DNA of 64,000 nt. It comes from Lama guanicoe (taxonomy: Eukaryota). This document shows positions 50,701-61,417 of the stretch, one piece after another (within the stretch, counting starts at the first letter, position 1; every line of letters starts with the position of its first letter). The DNA lies in NCBI GenBank assembly GCA_013239625.1, contig MU056216.1, positions 28,643,051 through 28,707,050 on the forward strand, given 5' to 3'. The translations under genes were made by a program, and so were the position numbers. The notes under the pieces were generated by a model. That model saw nothing but the letters and a program-made list of their open reading frames with translations. It was not told the origin of the DNA and did not search any database.

Positions 50701-52399
50701 ACGAATCTCAACCATTATTCTCAGTTTAAATAACTGGGCCCCACTGTTTGTGAGCAGGTGAAAGTTTGTGACCGTCTCCCCTCCTGGATTGCTGGCAGCC
50801 AAAGACGAGGGACCACTTTTGTGGTCGCTGTTTTTCGGCATAATGCTGGCACATCCCTAGAATTTAAATATTGCTTTAATGAAGCAAAGATACTTGATCT
50901 TGTCCATCCAGTAACATGAAATCGTGATACTCTGAACTATGTGTGTTTACCACCATTGCCTCCCTTCTTTATTTCCGACCTGTTTGTGAGCCCACATGGC
51001 AGGAGGCAGGAGACTCTAGGTTGGAATTGCATCTCATTTCTTATTCATTTAACTGCTGTTTGCTTTGGGTGCGGGGTGGTTTGACACAGAGCCTGAGTCT
51101 TTACCTATGCAGAAGGTTTTAAAGAACAAGAAGAGGCAGAGGGCAATGATTTCTTACAGAGTCTTTCCAAACAGAATTTTGTTTTTAAGAAAAATAGATC
51201 ATTTCAGTATGGCTACTGATTATTAGTGCATATTTGACGTAATTGGGAAGTTGGAAGTTAACTTTTTTTCCCCCTCTCCCTTATAACAGACGTGGAAGAA
51301 TGAAGGTTTTTTTGCTCTATATAAAGGGTTTTGGCCAAATTGGTTGAGACTCGGTCCTTGGAATATTATTGTATCCTTTTCTGTTGCAGTAGATGTGAAA
51401 AAAGATAGAACTAAAGAATGTTGTTTGTATAAACTATCATGTTATAATTTAGACGTAGGCTCTTACTCTTTTGAGTTCCTCAAGAAATAACTTTTCAGTT
51501 TCTCTTTTAGGAAGTAAAATGTCTCTGCTAGGCATTGTGAATCTTGGTTTAGTGATGGTATTATTGAAAGGCAGTGATATCAATGAAACCTTTTAGACTC
51601 TGCTCTGGAAGCTGATTTCAGAGACAAAGTTTGTTTTGTTTTGTTTTGTTTAATGCCTAGCCACCCTTGAGAAGGATGTAGTTTGGCAGCAGTGTTGTAG
51701 AATGCTTATTTTAGACAGTGCCTAAGGATAGACGGGAATCAGCTCCAGAACCTTTTGGCTGATGAGCCAAAGTGGGAGGCAGGAAGGAAGTAGCAGTTTA
51801 TTAGGAATGAAAAGGCCAGAGGGGTGGATATAGCTCAGTGGTAGAGCGCATGCTTAGCATGCACGAGGTCCTGGGTTCAATTCCTAGTACCTCCATTTAA
51901 AAAAAAAAGGGCAGAATTATAAAGTAGGGGATGTTGGTTTGCACCATCCTTATTTATCTGCGCCTCCCTCCCGTGGACTCTTGCCTAGTGGAAACCCTGG
52001 AGGAGAGCTTCTCAGACTTGCTTTGTTTCTCTCTCTCACAGAATTCCCTATTCTGTAAAGTATTCCCAGAAGTCAGAAGAGCTAGCAGTGTGGATGTAAT
52101 CTTAGAAGAAGCTTTCAGAGTTGATGCAGGGGATTTATATATCTCGGCTGTGGTCTGTCTCTTCCAAGCCAACCTTGGGAAGGCTAATGGGGAGGTCTTT
52201 TGGGGTGGTTGAAGGTGGAGCCTCTCCTGTTTAATCATGTCCACGGTGTGTGGTCTGCCCAGACCTATTTGTTCATAGGTGAGCCATCTGTGGGTCTGTT
52301 TTGATGCATCAGGGTTAAGATGGTATCGTCTTTGTCAGCCTTAACCAATGCCTGCAGTTCTTCGTGACATACGAGCAGTTGAAGAAATTGGATTTGTGA
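41637..52399 (+). CDS. SLC25A30: Solute carrier family 25 member 30 (kidney mitochondrial carrier protein 1), spliced CDS join(41637..41700,42845..42992,45982..46076,47064..47149,48766..48861,49529..49653,49821..49959,51290..51370,52358..52399), 291 aa
   Basis: Exons total 876 nt, with consistent phases and GT-AG boundaries. Protein [38 protein letters not shown]...[23 protein letters not shown] has three carrier motifs ([24 protein letters not shown]). It starts directly at MSALNWKPF, without the N-terminal extension of paralog SLC25A14. Confidence 0.97.
42845..42992 (+). CDS. SLC25A30: SLC25A30 exon 3 ([16 protein letters not shown]...EEGLKALYS)
   Basis: Acceptor ttttaag|, donor GG|GTGAGT; 148 nt, frame consistent. 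Confidence 0.96.
43125..43265 (-). mobile_element. Very short L1 3'-end insertion (similar copies near 22118-22220, 27370-27435, 56740-56865)
   Basis: tttttaattgaagtatagtcagtttacaatgtgtcaatttctggtg, matching the 3' end of the 62989 L1. Confidence 0.8.
43409..43466. repeat. Perfect 29-bp tandem duplication
   Basis: TTGGTTATTCTGAATTACTGAAGTTTTCG twice. Confidence 0.95.
44130..45560 (-). mobile_element. L2 relic in intron 3 (interrupted)
   Basis: ORF 45204..45443 (-) ...[21 protein letters not shown] resembles degenerate L2 RT (LLFSLYT...LI.SHGF.YH.YADD). Confidence 0.7.
45982..46076 (+). CDS. SLC25A30: SLC25A30 exon 4 ([31 protein letters not shown])
   Basis: Acceptor ggcag|, donor AG|GTGAGC; 95 nt. 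Confidence 0.96.
46155..46250 (-). mobile_element. Short-form Vic-1-type SINE (intron 4)
   Basis: tRNA-like body followed directly by TTT plus poly(A) on the - strand. Confidence 0.85.
47064..47149 (+). CDS. SLC25A30: SLC25A30 exon 5 ([29 protein letters not shown])
   Basis: Acceptor tacag|, donor AA|GTAAGC; visible inside ORF 47009..47269. Confidence 0.96.
48766..48861 (+). CDS. SLC25A30: SLC25A30 exon 6 ([32 protein letters not shown])
   Basis: Acceptor ctctag|, donor AG|GTAAGC; 96 nt. Confidence 0.96.
49529..49653 (+). CDS. SLC25A30: SLC25A30 exon 7 ([41 protein letters not shown])
   Basis: Acceptor cccag|, donor CT|GTATGT; 125 nt. Confidence 0.96.
49821..49959 (+). CDS. SLC25A30: SLC25A30 exon 8 ([27 protein letters not shown]...LDCLLQ)
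   Basis: Acceptor catag|, donor AG|GTGAGC; 139 nt. Confidence 0.96.
51290..51370 (+). CDS. SLC25A30: SLC25A30 exon 9 ([27 protein letters not shown])
   Basis: Acceptor aacag| after a pyrimidine tract; donor |GTATCCTTT (U12-type). Confidence 0.96.
51371..52357 (+). other. U12-type (minor spliceosome) GT-AG intron, 987 nt
   Basis: 5'SS GTATCCTTTT; branch box CCTTAAC at 52339-52345, ending 12 nt before the exon; CAG acceptor with no polypyrimidine tract. Confidence 0.93.
51821..51908 (+). mobile_element. Short-form Vic-1-type SINE inside the U12 intron
   Basis: Nearly tRNA-Ala(AGC)-identical body, then TTT and A10; TSD-like aaaaggccaga / aaaagggcaga. Confidence 0.9.
52358..52399 (+). CDS. SLC25A30: SLC25A30 exon 10 coding part ([13 protein letters not shown])
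   Basis: Acceptor ctgcag|; TGA at 52397-52399. Confidence 0.96.
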   Translation, partial: FFVTYEQLKKLDL

Positions 52400-54418
52400 C
52401 AAGTCATGACTGCATGAGAGACATCCCTCTGACAATGCTCACTTCTGAAATAGCAAAGCTTCCTTGTTTCCCACCGCTTCTCACTGCTTAGCTCCTCACA
52501 GGTTCTGAGGTGTGAGCAACAGGTGAAGACTGGGTTAGCTCGGATTGCGGTGTCTTGGCATCAGATACTCTGTATCAAACGTTTAATGGCATAAACAGTA
52601 ACATCCAAACACTAGTCCTTACCATTCAAGTGCCCTTCGACCTCAAGGATAACATGAAATGCATGTTTCTTGCTGAAGAAAACTTGTATGAAGATCAGGA
52701 ACTGTGTGCTATTTTCTTCAGGGGGGAGTAACTCCTGGTACATCTCAGCGCGCTGCTGAGACCACCAGACTGTTCGAAAGAGGCTCTCCAGAGCCGCGGA
52801 GGAGACCCCCCCAAGAGGGTGTTACTGTTCGGGAAACACTGGGGGTCTGTGACTTCGTGTCAGCTGAAGAACCGTCACACGTGGAGACCTGGCTTTTCAA
52901 CTCCGGGTAAAAACAGTGCAGGAAATAGATCCCTGGAATATTACACTGCTTGATAATTTCCTATTTGGGCAGGATCTCTCACTTATAATAAGTGATTTTT
53001 AAGCCTTTGACAACTCAACCTTTGTGAGGAATTGTTACGAAGTATTTTAATATCTAAACTCGTGATGATGAGATAGGTTGGCTTTGAAGTTGGCAAAGTC
53101 GGTGTTGGTGGGTGGTGTTTTTAAGCAACTTGGGTTCTGTCTTAGGTAATGTCAGTAATTTGCTCTATGATTTTAATAAAGTTTCTATTTCCCAGTCTGT
53201 CAAATGAGGATAATAACATCTGTTGATGCTGAGGGTCAAGTAAAGAAAACAGTAGTTGGTACCACTTGACTTGTAGGGTAGGTGTGCTTACGTCATGCTG
53301 TCATACAGCCGTCATCCCAGAAGACGAGGTCCGTGTGTACAGAAGAGGTTGTTCTATCATGGGCTTCTCCTGAGTGAGGCCCTTTGTTAAAAGCCTGGTG
53401 AAAGAAAGAGGTTAAGGTTTTACAGCGTTTTCCTTAGCAAAATGTTGCAAGTGAATCAGAGTTGATTTTTCCAGATTTCCCAGTTTAGCTCTGGTCATGT
53501 TTGTTGAAACATTTCCTGTCTTGGACTTCCTAATCAGTTTGGATGGTAAGTACTTGCTTGAAATTTGAAGAGCAATTTCTTTCACGTGCCTGTTTCTCGA
53601 GTCTGATCAGAGGCATATAACATCTTCCTTCTTTTCTTCTAAAGACAGGATATCCTTCGTGCTCATCATCTTATTCTTTTTCAAAATAGAAGGTGACTCT
53701 GAGAGCCCCACGACCTTTCCACTTCTAGAAGACAGCCCCAGGAAAGGGAATATGAATAGATTAAAATATTTACTTGGGCACCTTCAGTTCTGCCCTTTGA
53801 GAGTGACATCAGATACATCCTAACTGGGGCTCCGTGACAGATGCTTCCACAATGTGTGCGATTCCCAGTCGGTCCAGCCCCCGGGCTGCTTCCTCCCTCG
53901 AAGCAGAATAGAAGGCTCGTGAGTCTTTCTTGGGGATTGGGCAGTTTTCCTCCCACTTCACCTTCCGCTCTTTGTTTATGTTGACTTTGACGAAAGATTT
54001 TGTGAAGCAGAATTTTAGTTGCAAAGGTAAGAGCTAAGATAAGAAAGGAGGGGACTGGAGGGGGCATGGAGGTATCGATTACTTCAAGAGTCAGGTGGGA
54101 GTCCAGTTCTCCCTGACCTACTCTGGAAGTGATGCCGAAGAGATGACCCTATTCAGACCTTGCCCCTCGTACTGAACCCTGTCTTTATAGTTTCTTCTTA
54201 CCAGAACATTCCATTGATACAATAAGGGCTTTCCATCTTTGAGTTTCTTTGAGTTCAAAGGATTACGTTTTATGAACCACTCTTTTTTTTTTAATGTAGA
54301 AAACAGTTGAAGTATATGTATAATTCCTTAGATGGTAGAAGCAAGTTCATTATGAAAACCGTGTAAATCTTGTCATGCAATATTTATTATATCAATTTAT
54401 TCAAACATGTACATGTTC

Positions 54419-54563
54419 TGGGGGAGGGGTATAGCTCAAGTGATAGAGTGCATGCTTGGCATGCATGAGGTCCTGGGTTCAGTCCCCTGTACCGCCTCTA
54501 AAAATAAATAAACCTAATTATGTCCCCCCCCATCAAAATAAAAAAAAACAAATAATACAATAA
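54419..54563 (+). mobile_element. Vic-1-type SINE in the 3'UTR
   Basis: TSD CAAAYATGTACATGTTC at 54402-54418 and 54564-54580. Confidence 0.9.
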
Positions 54564-55063
54564 CAAATATGTACATGTTCATACCAGGATGAAAAGAAAA
54601 TCAAACCTCACTGTTAAATGTAAGTACGTTTTTAAGACAAAAATGTAGTATTTCTTCAGTGTGGATTTATTAAATAGAACAAGGTCTTAACCTGTTTCGG
54701 TTTTTCTACTTCCTGAAAGAGTAACGCAGTTGATGAAGCTTCTAACCAACAAAGAACTTGAGGAACTAAGTCCCCCATCCCCTCTACACTGGTTATTGGT
54801 TACATGTGGCAAAGGGAGTTTAAGCTTTTATAACCAAAATGAAGAAAGTATATATTTTGTTTTTTTGCTTGTGGATTTGTGTAATCACTGATGCTAAGTT
54901 TTGCTGATTGTGGTATAAAAATGGCTCCTGTTTGCCATATTTATTCATGCGCTAGAAATAATGTATATTATATAAAGACTGAAAGTTTTCATAAGCTTTT
55001 GTATTTTGAGCTCTTTCTTTAAACATTGTTGGAATATGTGGCCTAAATCTGGTTTCATTATTT

Positions 55064-55092
55064 AATAAACTGGAGTAATATATAACAATAAA
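55064..55092 (+). terminator. Tandem polyadenylation signals
   Basis: AATAAA twice, with a downstream GU/U-rich element. Confidence 0.6.
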
Positions 55093-56142
55093 AATGATGT
55101 GTGGTTATTTCAGATACATAGAAACGTTTAAACAGAGACAAGCTCCAAAGCGTCCAGGAGGCTGGAGCAGAAATAGCATTCGTGAAAGTGGCTGCAGACA
55201 TTTCTCTCTGCTTAGAGAGGTTGTTAGGGTTGTCTTACTAATTACCTGAATGTCTGTGTGGCCTCCCATTCAGTGAAACACTGCAGCTCAGTAGAGGCCA
55301 GTGAATTCGGTTTGTGGGCTCGCTTGGCAAGGCACCTTGGAGATTGGAACACCAGTGTGATGACATCACTGCTTTTGAAGCTCCTCCTTCCAGTGTTTGG
55401 CGTTGGTTAGAGGCAGGAGCTGGGATCCGGGGTTCACCGTGGGCCAGGCAGAGATGCCTCTGGTTGGGTATAAAACAACCAGTGGACAATACACAAACCT
55501 CGTTCATTTTTTTTTTAACTTAAAAATACTTCGTAGGAGCCTGTCTTAACATTTGAATTAAATACAGTGGTTTATTGAGAAAACAGAACTGAGGAAAAAG
55601 TCTCAGTCCTCCTACCAAAGAGATCAAATGACAGCCATGCATGATTGAGTTCATGTGAAGGTCAGAGCAGCTGGCTGCTGGTGGACCTTAAATGCCTGGA
55701 ACTGTCCTCTCCCTTGGATCAGGGCACCTGTTAGACATATTTGGCATGAAATGCAGGCTATTTATTTTTAAATGAGCAGCTGAGAAAATCTGACAGGGTA
55801 AATTTTTGTGGATTACAAATAGATCTATCCTCGAAGTAAAGCATGAGAATGTAAGACAAAGGCAGGGGGTAAATATGTTTCTTGAAAGCTGGATGCAAAT
55901 AATGGGACCAAGAGCAAAACACTGGAAACTACCTATGTCTGTAAGTCCCTTGCTAAAATAATCATACAGTGGCTTATCATGTGGCTTATGAGAAGGAGTT
56001 ATGTCTCAGCCTGCTGATGTGGAAGGATGTCCATAATATGTTGTAGGAAAAAGTTAAGATGCACACTCTTAGGTATATTATGACTCATTTCTTAGGGAAA
56101 AAAACATAAACATATATATAAGTAGGGAATGGATTTAAAGGG

Positions 56143-56705
56143 TGTGTATGAAGAGTTCTGCAGAGAAACAGACCAATGGGACGTGTGTGTGTGTGCCCAC
56201 ATACATGATTTATTTTAAGGAATAGGCTCATGTGATTTGTGGGAGGCTGGCAAGTCCTAAATCTGTGGCACCGTAGGGGAGGCCAGCAGATGGGCCCCAG
56301 GCAGGATTTTTGTTAGTCTTAAGCCAGAATTCCTTCTCTGGGAAACTTCAGTTTTTTATTGTGTGTGTGTGTGTGTGTTTGTGTTTAAAAATTTTTTTTT
56401 TCTGTAGTCATTTTTTAAATTGAAGTATAGTTAACTTACAATGTTGTGTTTCAGATGTGCAGTGGTTCAGGAAGTGATTCAGTTATATATACATATATAT
56501 GTTCTTTTCCCATTAGGTCATTACAAGACTGAATATAGTTCCCTGTGCTATACAGTAGGTCCTTGTTTATCTATTTTATATATAGTAGTGTGTATCTGTT
56601 AATTCCAAACTCCTAGTTTATCACCCCCTCCCTGAAACTTCAGTTTTTCCCTCTTAAGGCCTTTAACTGATTGAATGAAGCCCACCCATACTGTGGAGTG
56701 TAATC
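56143..56705 (-). mobile_element. MLT2-like LTR interrupted by a short L1 3' insertion (56357-56633)
   Basis: MLT2 motifs on both sides; TSD GAAACTTCAGTTTTT at 56342-56356 and 56634-56648. Confidence 0.85.
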
Positions 56706-56869
56706 ATTTTTTCCCAGTTATTTATCCAGTTTGAGAAATATATATATATATGTGTGTGTGTGTGTGTATTGCTTTTCATATTTTTTATTATAGGCTATTA
56801 GAAGACATTGAATATAGTTCCCTGCACTATACAGTAGGACCTTGTTTATCTATTTTATATGTAACGATG

Positions 56870-58040
56870 TCTTGAAGTTTCCAGCTCTTACTGTTGAACT
56901 GTCTATTTCTCCCTTCAATTCTGTCAGTTTTTGCTTTGTGTATTTTGATGGTCCTATTAGATGTATAAAAGTTTATAATTGTTATATCTTCTTGCTGTAC
57001 AGAACCTTTTGTTAATATTATGTATGGTCTTTTTGGCCTCTTATAACCTTTTTTCATTTAAAGTCAATTTTATCTAATAGTGTAGCCACCCTGCTTTCTT
57101 TTGGTTACTGTTTGCATGGAATGTCTTTTCCCATCCTTTCACTTTCAGTCTGTTGGTGTCTTTGGATTTCAGGTGAGTCTCTTATAGACAACATATATTT
57201 GGATCTTCTGTTTTTATCCATTCTGCCTTTTTAAAACTCTGTCTTTTGAGTGGCGAGTCTAATTCCTCTGTACTAAAATGACTGACAGGAGGGACTTCTG
57301 TCACTGTGCTGTTTGTTTTCTGTGTGCCTTGTAGCTTTTCTGTCTCTCATCCATTGCAATGCTATCTTTTGTATTTGGTACTATTTTTGGTAGTAATATG
57401 TTTAAATTCTTTTCTCATTTCCTTTTGTGTATGTTCTATAGCAATTTCCTTTGTGGTTACCATGGGGATTACGTTTAACATCCTAAAATTATAGCACTCT
57501 GACTTGAGTTTATACCAGCTTGACTTCAATAATGTGCAAAACTCTGCTCCTTTACAGCTCTGTCCTCAGCCCTTTTTGGTGGTTGAGGGCACAAAAGTAC
57601 AACTTTATACGTCGTGTGCCCCAAAACATAAACTAACAATTCTTTTAAATGCATCATTAAATTATGTGGAAAACAAGCTTTGGAGTTACAAACCAAAGTT
57701 ACAGTCATACTGCTTTTACACTAATAATTGTTTTTATTTTCTTTAAATGTATTATCTCTTAAATCATGTAGAAAACAAAAATTGCAGTTAATAGACCATT
57801 GTTGCAATAGCACTAGCTTTTATAACTACCCACGTATTTACCTTTATTGAGATCTTTACTTTTCCACATGGCTTTGAGTTGCTGTCTAGTGTCCTTTGGT
57901 TTTACCTTGCAGGGCTCCTTTTGAGTATTTCCTACAGGGCAGGGTTCGTGGTCGTGAATTCCCGTAGCTCTTGTTTATCTGGGAATGTCTTAAATTTCTC
58001 TCTCACTTTTGAAGGACAGTTTTGCCTAGGATTTGGGGTT
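56870..58040 (-). mobile_element. Old L1: ORF1 end, spacer and ORF2 endonuclease start
   Basis: ORF 56827..57057 (-) YIILTKGSVQQEDITIINFYTSN matches L1 EN (YIMIKGSIQQEDITIVNIYAPN). Confidence 0.85.
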
Positions 58041-58139
58041 AACGTGTCATGTTAATAACATGTCAATATGTCAACCAAATGTTTTCAAGCATCCTGTTCC
58101 CTTTTATATAAAGAAGAAAGCCAAAAACCAGCAGTTAAG

Positions 58140-58770
58140 ATCTTTGGTGATGTCCCTGGGAATGAAGTAGCTGGTCAGCCTACTAGAACATAAATTGATG
58201 TACATAGTTGGAAATTATCAGGTAAGCAGAAATCTAATTTGGGTCACTGTAGTAGAGCCATGGTCTCTCACCCACTTACAAGGTCTGAGCTAATTCACAG
58301 ATTGGAAGCCCTTTGACATTGCTCTAAGCATGTATTAAAAATCATCCCTCAAGCCCTAAGAAACCCATGGCCATTATTTTGGGCTCCTTTGGTGGTAACA
58401 CATAGCAGACTGAGTCCGCTGCTCTGACCTACTTATGAAGAAACTTGGAAGGTTGCCAGTTTTGAAGTGAGCCCAGAGCAAGAGAAGTTCTATGGCAAGT
58501 CCGGGCTGGAGTGTGCGATGCTCTGTCACACGGGGCATGTGGCTGAAGTGTCTTCGGTGTCTTCAGGCAGACAGGGATGCTGTATGGAGCCTTTAGGAAT
58601 CCCTGATAGAATCACAGTGCAGATCCCTGGGGTTTGGGAACAAAGCTGTATCCTCTTTTGCAACTAATTATTTTCCCTTTGAGAAAAAACAGCTCTTCAC
58701 TTGTTACTGATCCCTGATAGAAACTGAGCATTTGGTCACGCGACCTGAGCTGCACCGTGAACTGCTTGTG
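58140..58770 (+). mobile_element. ERVL internal (pol tether region) relic
   Basis: Degenerate PEQEK, DRDAVWSL, PLGFGNKA, NYFPFEK.QL, ETEHL, RPEL peptides typical of ERVL pol. Confidence 0.75.
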
Positions 58771-59502
58771 GAGTAAGAGTGGCTCATGAGAGATCTGAGA
58801 ACAGAGAAAGCTTATCCCTTGCTTCCTAACTGTGATGAGAGAAAAAGGAAAAATCCCAGAGAACTCCCAAGTCCTAGTTGTATGTAAACAGCAGCATAGA
58901 AATACCTGAGAAATCCTGGAGGCAACTTCACAGAGGCCCTTCATAGAGACTCCAGCCTGGGGCAGGCAGCCACTTGACTTTGTTCTCCATCCCAGAGTGG
59001 TAGAAGAGACAAGTTGAAATTGGGCCTGGAGAGAGTCTGGCAATTTGGATACAGCTACAAAAGGCTGGGTGCTCCTCAGTTCTCAGTTATAATGTCTTTC
59101 CCAGGGAGATCTTCTCTGCACCCTGGGTGAGATCCAGCCCAGCCCCCCTCATAGGCTCCCGTGGCAGGCACCCTATTCTTCTCCTTGTTAAGGGATAATT
59201 TTCAGAAAAAGGTAAAACCATGATACTTGTGATTATAAATTAATGAAATGGAACGAATAAACCAAACAAGGAAAGATGTCTATAAAAAATATTCAGGAAA
59301 ATTATAAATATAACCAAATTTTTAGAAATTGATATTTTAAAAATATAACCTTTAAAACTGAAATATTGTTGGAATTAAATAAGGCAAATTGTTGAAGGGA
59401 GAATTAGTAAACTGGAAAACAGATCTTAAGAAATTTCTCCAAAAACAGCTTGAGACCAGGAGATAGAAAAGATGAGAGACACAGAATATAGAATGAAAAG
59501 GT

Positions 59503-60340
59503 TGTATCTGGCCAAAGTCCCATCAGGAAGCAGAATTTACCCGGGATGATTCAAATGAAGAGACTTCAATGAAGGAAATAATTACATAGGTGTGGGCAGA
59601 GTTAAGGAGACAAACGATGGATGTTGGGACAGCTAGAGACTAGTGACAGACACCATGACCACCCCTAGGCTTGAAAAGACGAGGCTAGGAAATTGTGTGA
59701 TCAGAGTCTGGTGAAAGTTGAAGCTGTGGCGGATTGGCCAGCGGGCAGGACCTGTGATCATAGAGGGGAACTGCAGTGAAACAGGGAGAGTGAAAAAAAA
59801 TACCCTGTTCTCTCTCCACCTCCAGTTTCCTGCTGGTGTTTTCACTGACTAAGCCCAGCTAAAGACTAGAGAGTAAAAGGACCTAAGTAATGGAGTCCAC
59901 ATCCAGGATGGCATCACTCAAAAGCATAGAGCAGAACACAGGTGTAATAGCTCTGGGGGCCTGATGGAGCCTTACTACCTGGACCGTGGTCATGGATTCA
60001 AGATTTCCAGCCCTGGCAGTACAAAGGTACCATTGGAAGGCTGAGCAGTCAGAGTGTTCTACCTTATTTTCTGGTGACACCCCTGAGTGGGGCTGTCACA
60101 CTGCAGCAGTCCACTTCTAGCTGGTGTCTGTATATTGTTCAGAACCATCTGTAAACCAGGCTAAGTTTTTTCTTCCTCTGCCAGCTGACCAGAGGGAAAT
60201 CCCAGTGATGCCATAGATGTGGTTGAGGGAAAGGTAGGAATGCAGTAGAACCACCTGCGGGGGAGTCTGAGCCACCTGCTCATGCTTGATGCTGTCTGTC
60301 TGTACCATACTACTTCTGTTTGTGCTGGACCCCTGACTCC
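59503..60340 (-). mobile_element. ERVL pol RNase H relic followed by an LTR16-like LTR (about 59503-59940)
   Basis: ORF 60117..60308 (-) KHEQVAQTP...AWFTDGSEQY, then *KWTAAV, matches ERVL RNase H. Confidence 0.75.
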
Positions 60341-61297
60341 TCTCTGTCCATTTTACTTTAAGTAAACCTCAAGCCCTGTGGGTTTTACCTCTTGATACCT
60401 CTTTCCTTCATTCTTTCTCCATCTGCCCTGACACTCCTGAGTTCAGGTTTTCTAGATGCTGAAACAGCCTCCACTCTGTCCCCACCTCCAGGCTGACCCG
60501 TCAGTACATGTGTCCGTCTGCCCAGAACCTTTCTACAGCCAGTCTGGCAATGTCCTTACTACCATTCTCAGCACAGAGCCCAGACTCCTTGGCATGGCAC
60601 CCGGGGAGTTCATGGTCTTGTCCCTACTCATTCATTGGCTTCATCTCTCATCACCTTTCTACCTCCAGTTCTGAATTCCAGCCACATTGTAAAGTTTTTG
60701 ACTTCCTAAAAATGTTCGTGTCTAAGCCTTAGCTCATGCTATTTCCCTCTGGCTTGAAATGATTTCTCCTCCTCTCTTTGTTTCCCTTCAGATGCCAGTT
60801 CATTCAGAATACATTTATTGAGCATCTAATGCATGCCAAACACAGCTTAGTGGTCCCTTTCTCCAGGATACCTCCCTGATCTTCCAAGAATGGATTAGAT
60901 GCTTTGCTTCTGTGCTTTCTATAGTATCATCTTATGCTACTCCAGTGATAACTGCATCTTATATTGTATTGCACTTTCCAGTATTTGCCTGTCTTACTAG
61001 ATCGTAAGCTTTCTGAAGGCAGGAAATTTTCTTATTTAGTATTGATTGCTCAGACCAGCACACAACATGGCACATAATAGGTACACACTGAATTTTTAAT
61101 AAGTGGATGAGTTAATGAGTAAATGGGTAATTGGGTATGTTTTGAGAACCCTAATTCTATACAAAACACATACACCAACCACAAATAAAAACATATAGGA
61201 ATAATTAATATATGTACATCATTATAAATAACTTACTCATTTAAAAATATGAAAACAAAATACAAGTAAAATTTAAACAATTTAAAATGACATTAGT

Positions 61298-61417
61298 GGG
61301 GGAGGGTATAGTTCCTAAGCATGTACAAGGTCCTGGGTTCAATCCCCAGTACCTCCATTAAAAATAAATCTAATTCTCTCCCCTTCCTAAAATTAAACAA
61401 ATAATAATAATAATAAA
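61298..61417 (+). mobile_element. Vic-1-type SINE (internal deletion)
   Basis: ggggagggtatag...gtcctgggttcaatccccagtacctcc with A-rich tail. Confidence 0.85.

Larger units (their letters stand above)
52400..55110 (+). other. SLC25A30: SLC25A30 3'UTR (end inferred)
   Basis: Mostly non-repetitive, AT-rich sequence ending at tandem AATAAA (55064-55069, 55087-55092) followed by GT-rich tgtgtggttattt; a proximal AATAAA lies at 53175-53180. Confidence 0.6.

Noticed and set aside
51821-51896. Possible tRNA-Ala(AGC) gene
   Set aside because: It has a poly(A) tail, TSD-like flanks, extra 5' bases and 12 related copies in the window, so it is a SINE rather than a tRNA gene.
53649-53660. ATATCCTT U12-type donor-like motif in the 3'UTR
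   Set aside because: I identified no matching branch box plus AC acceptor; expected by chance.
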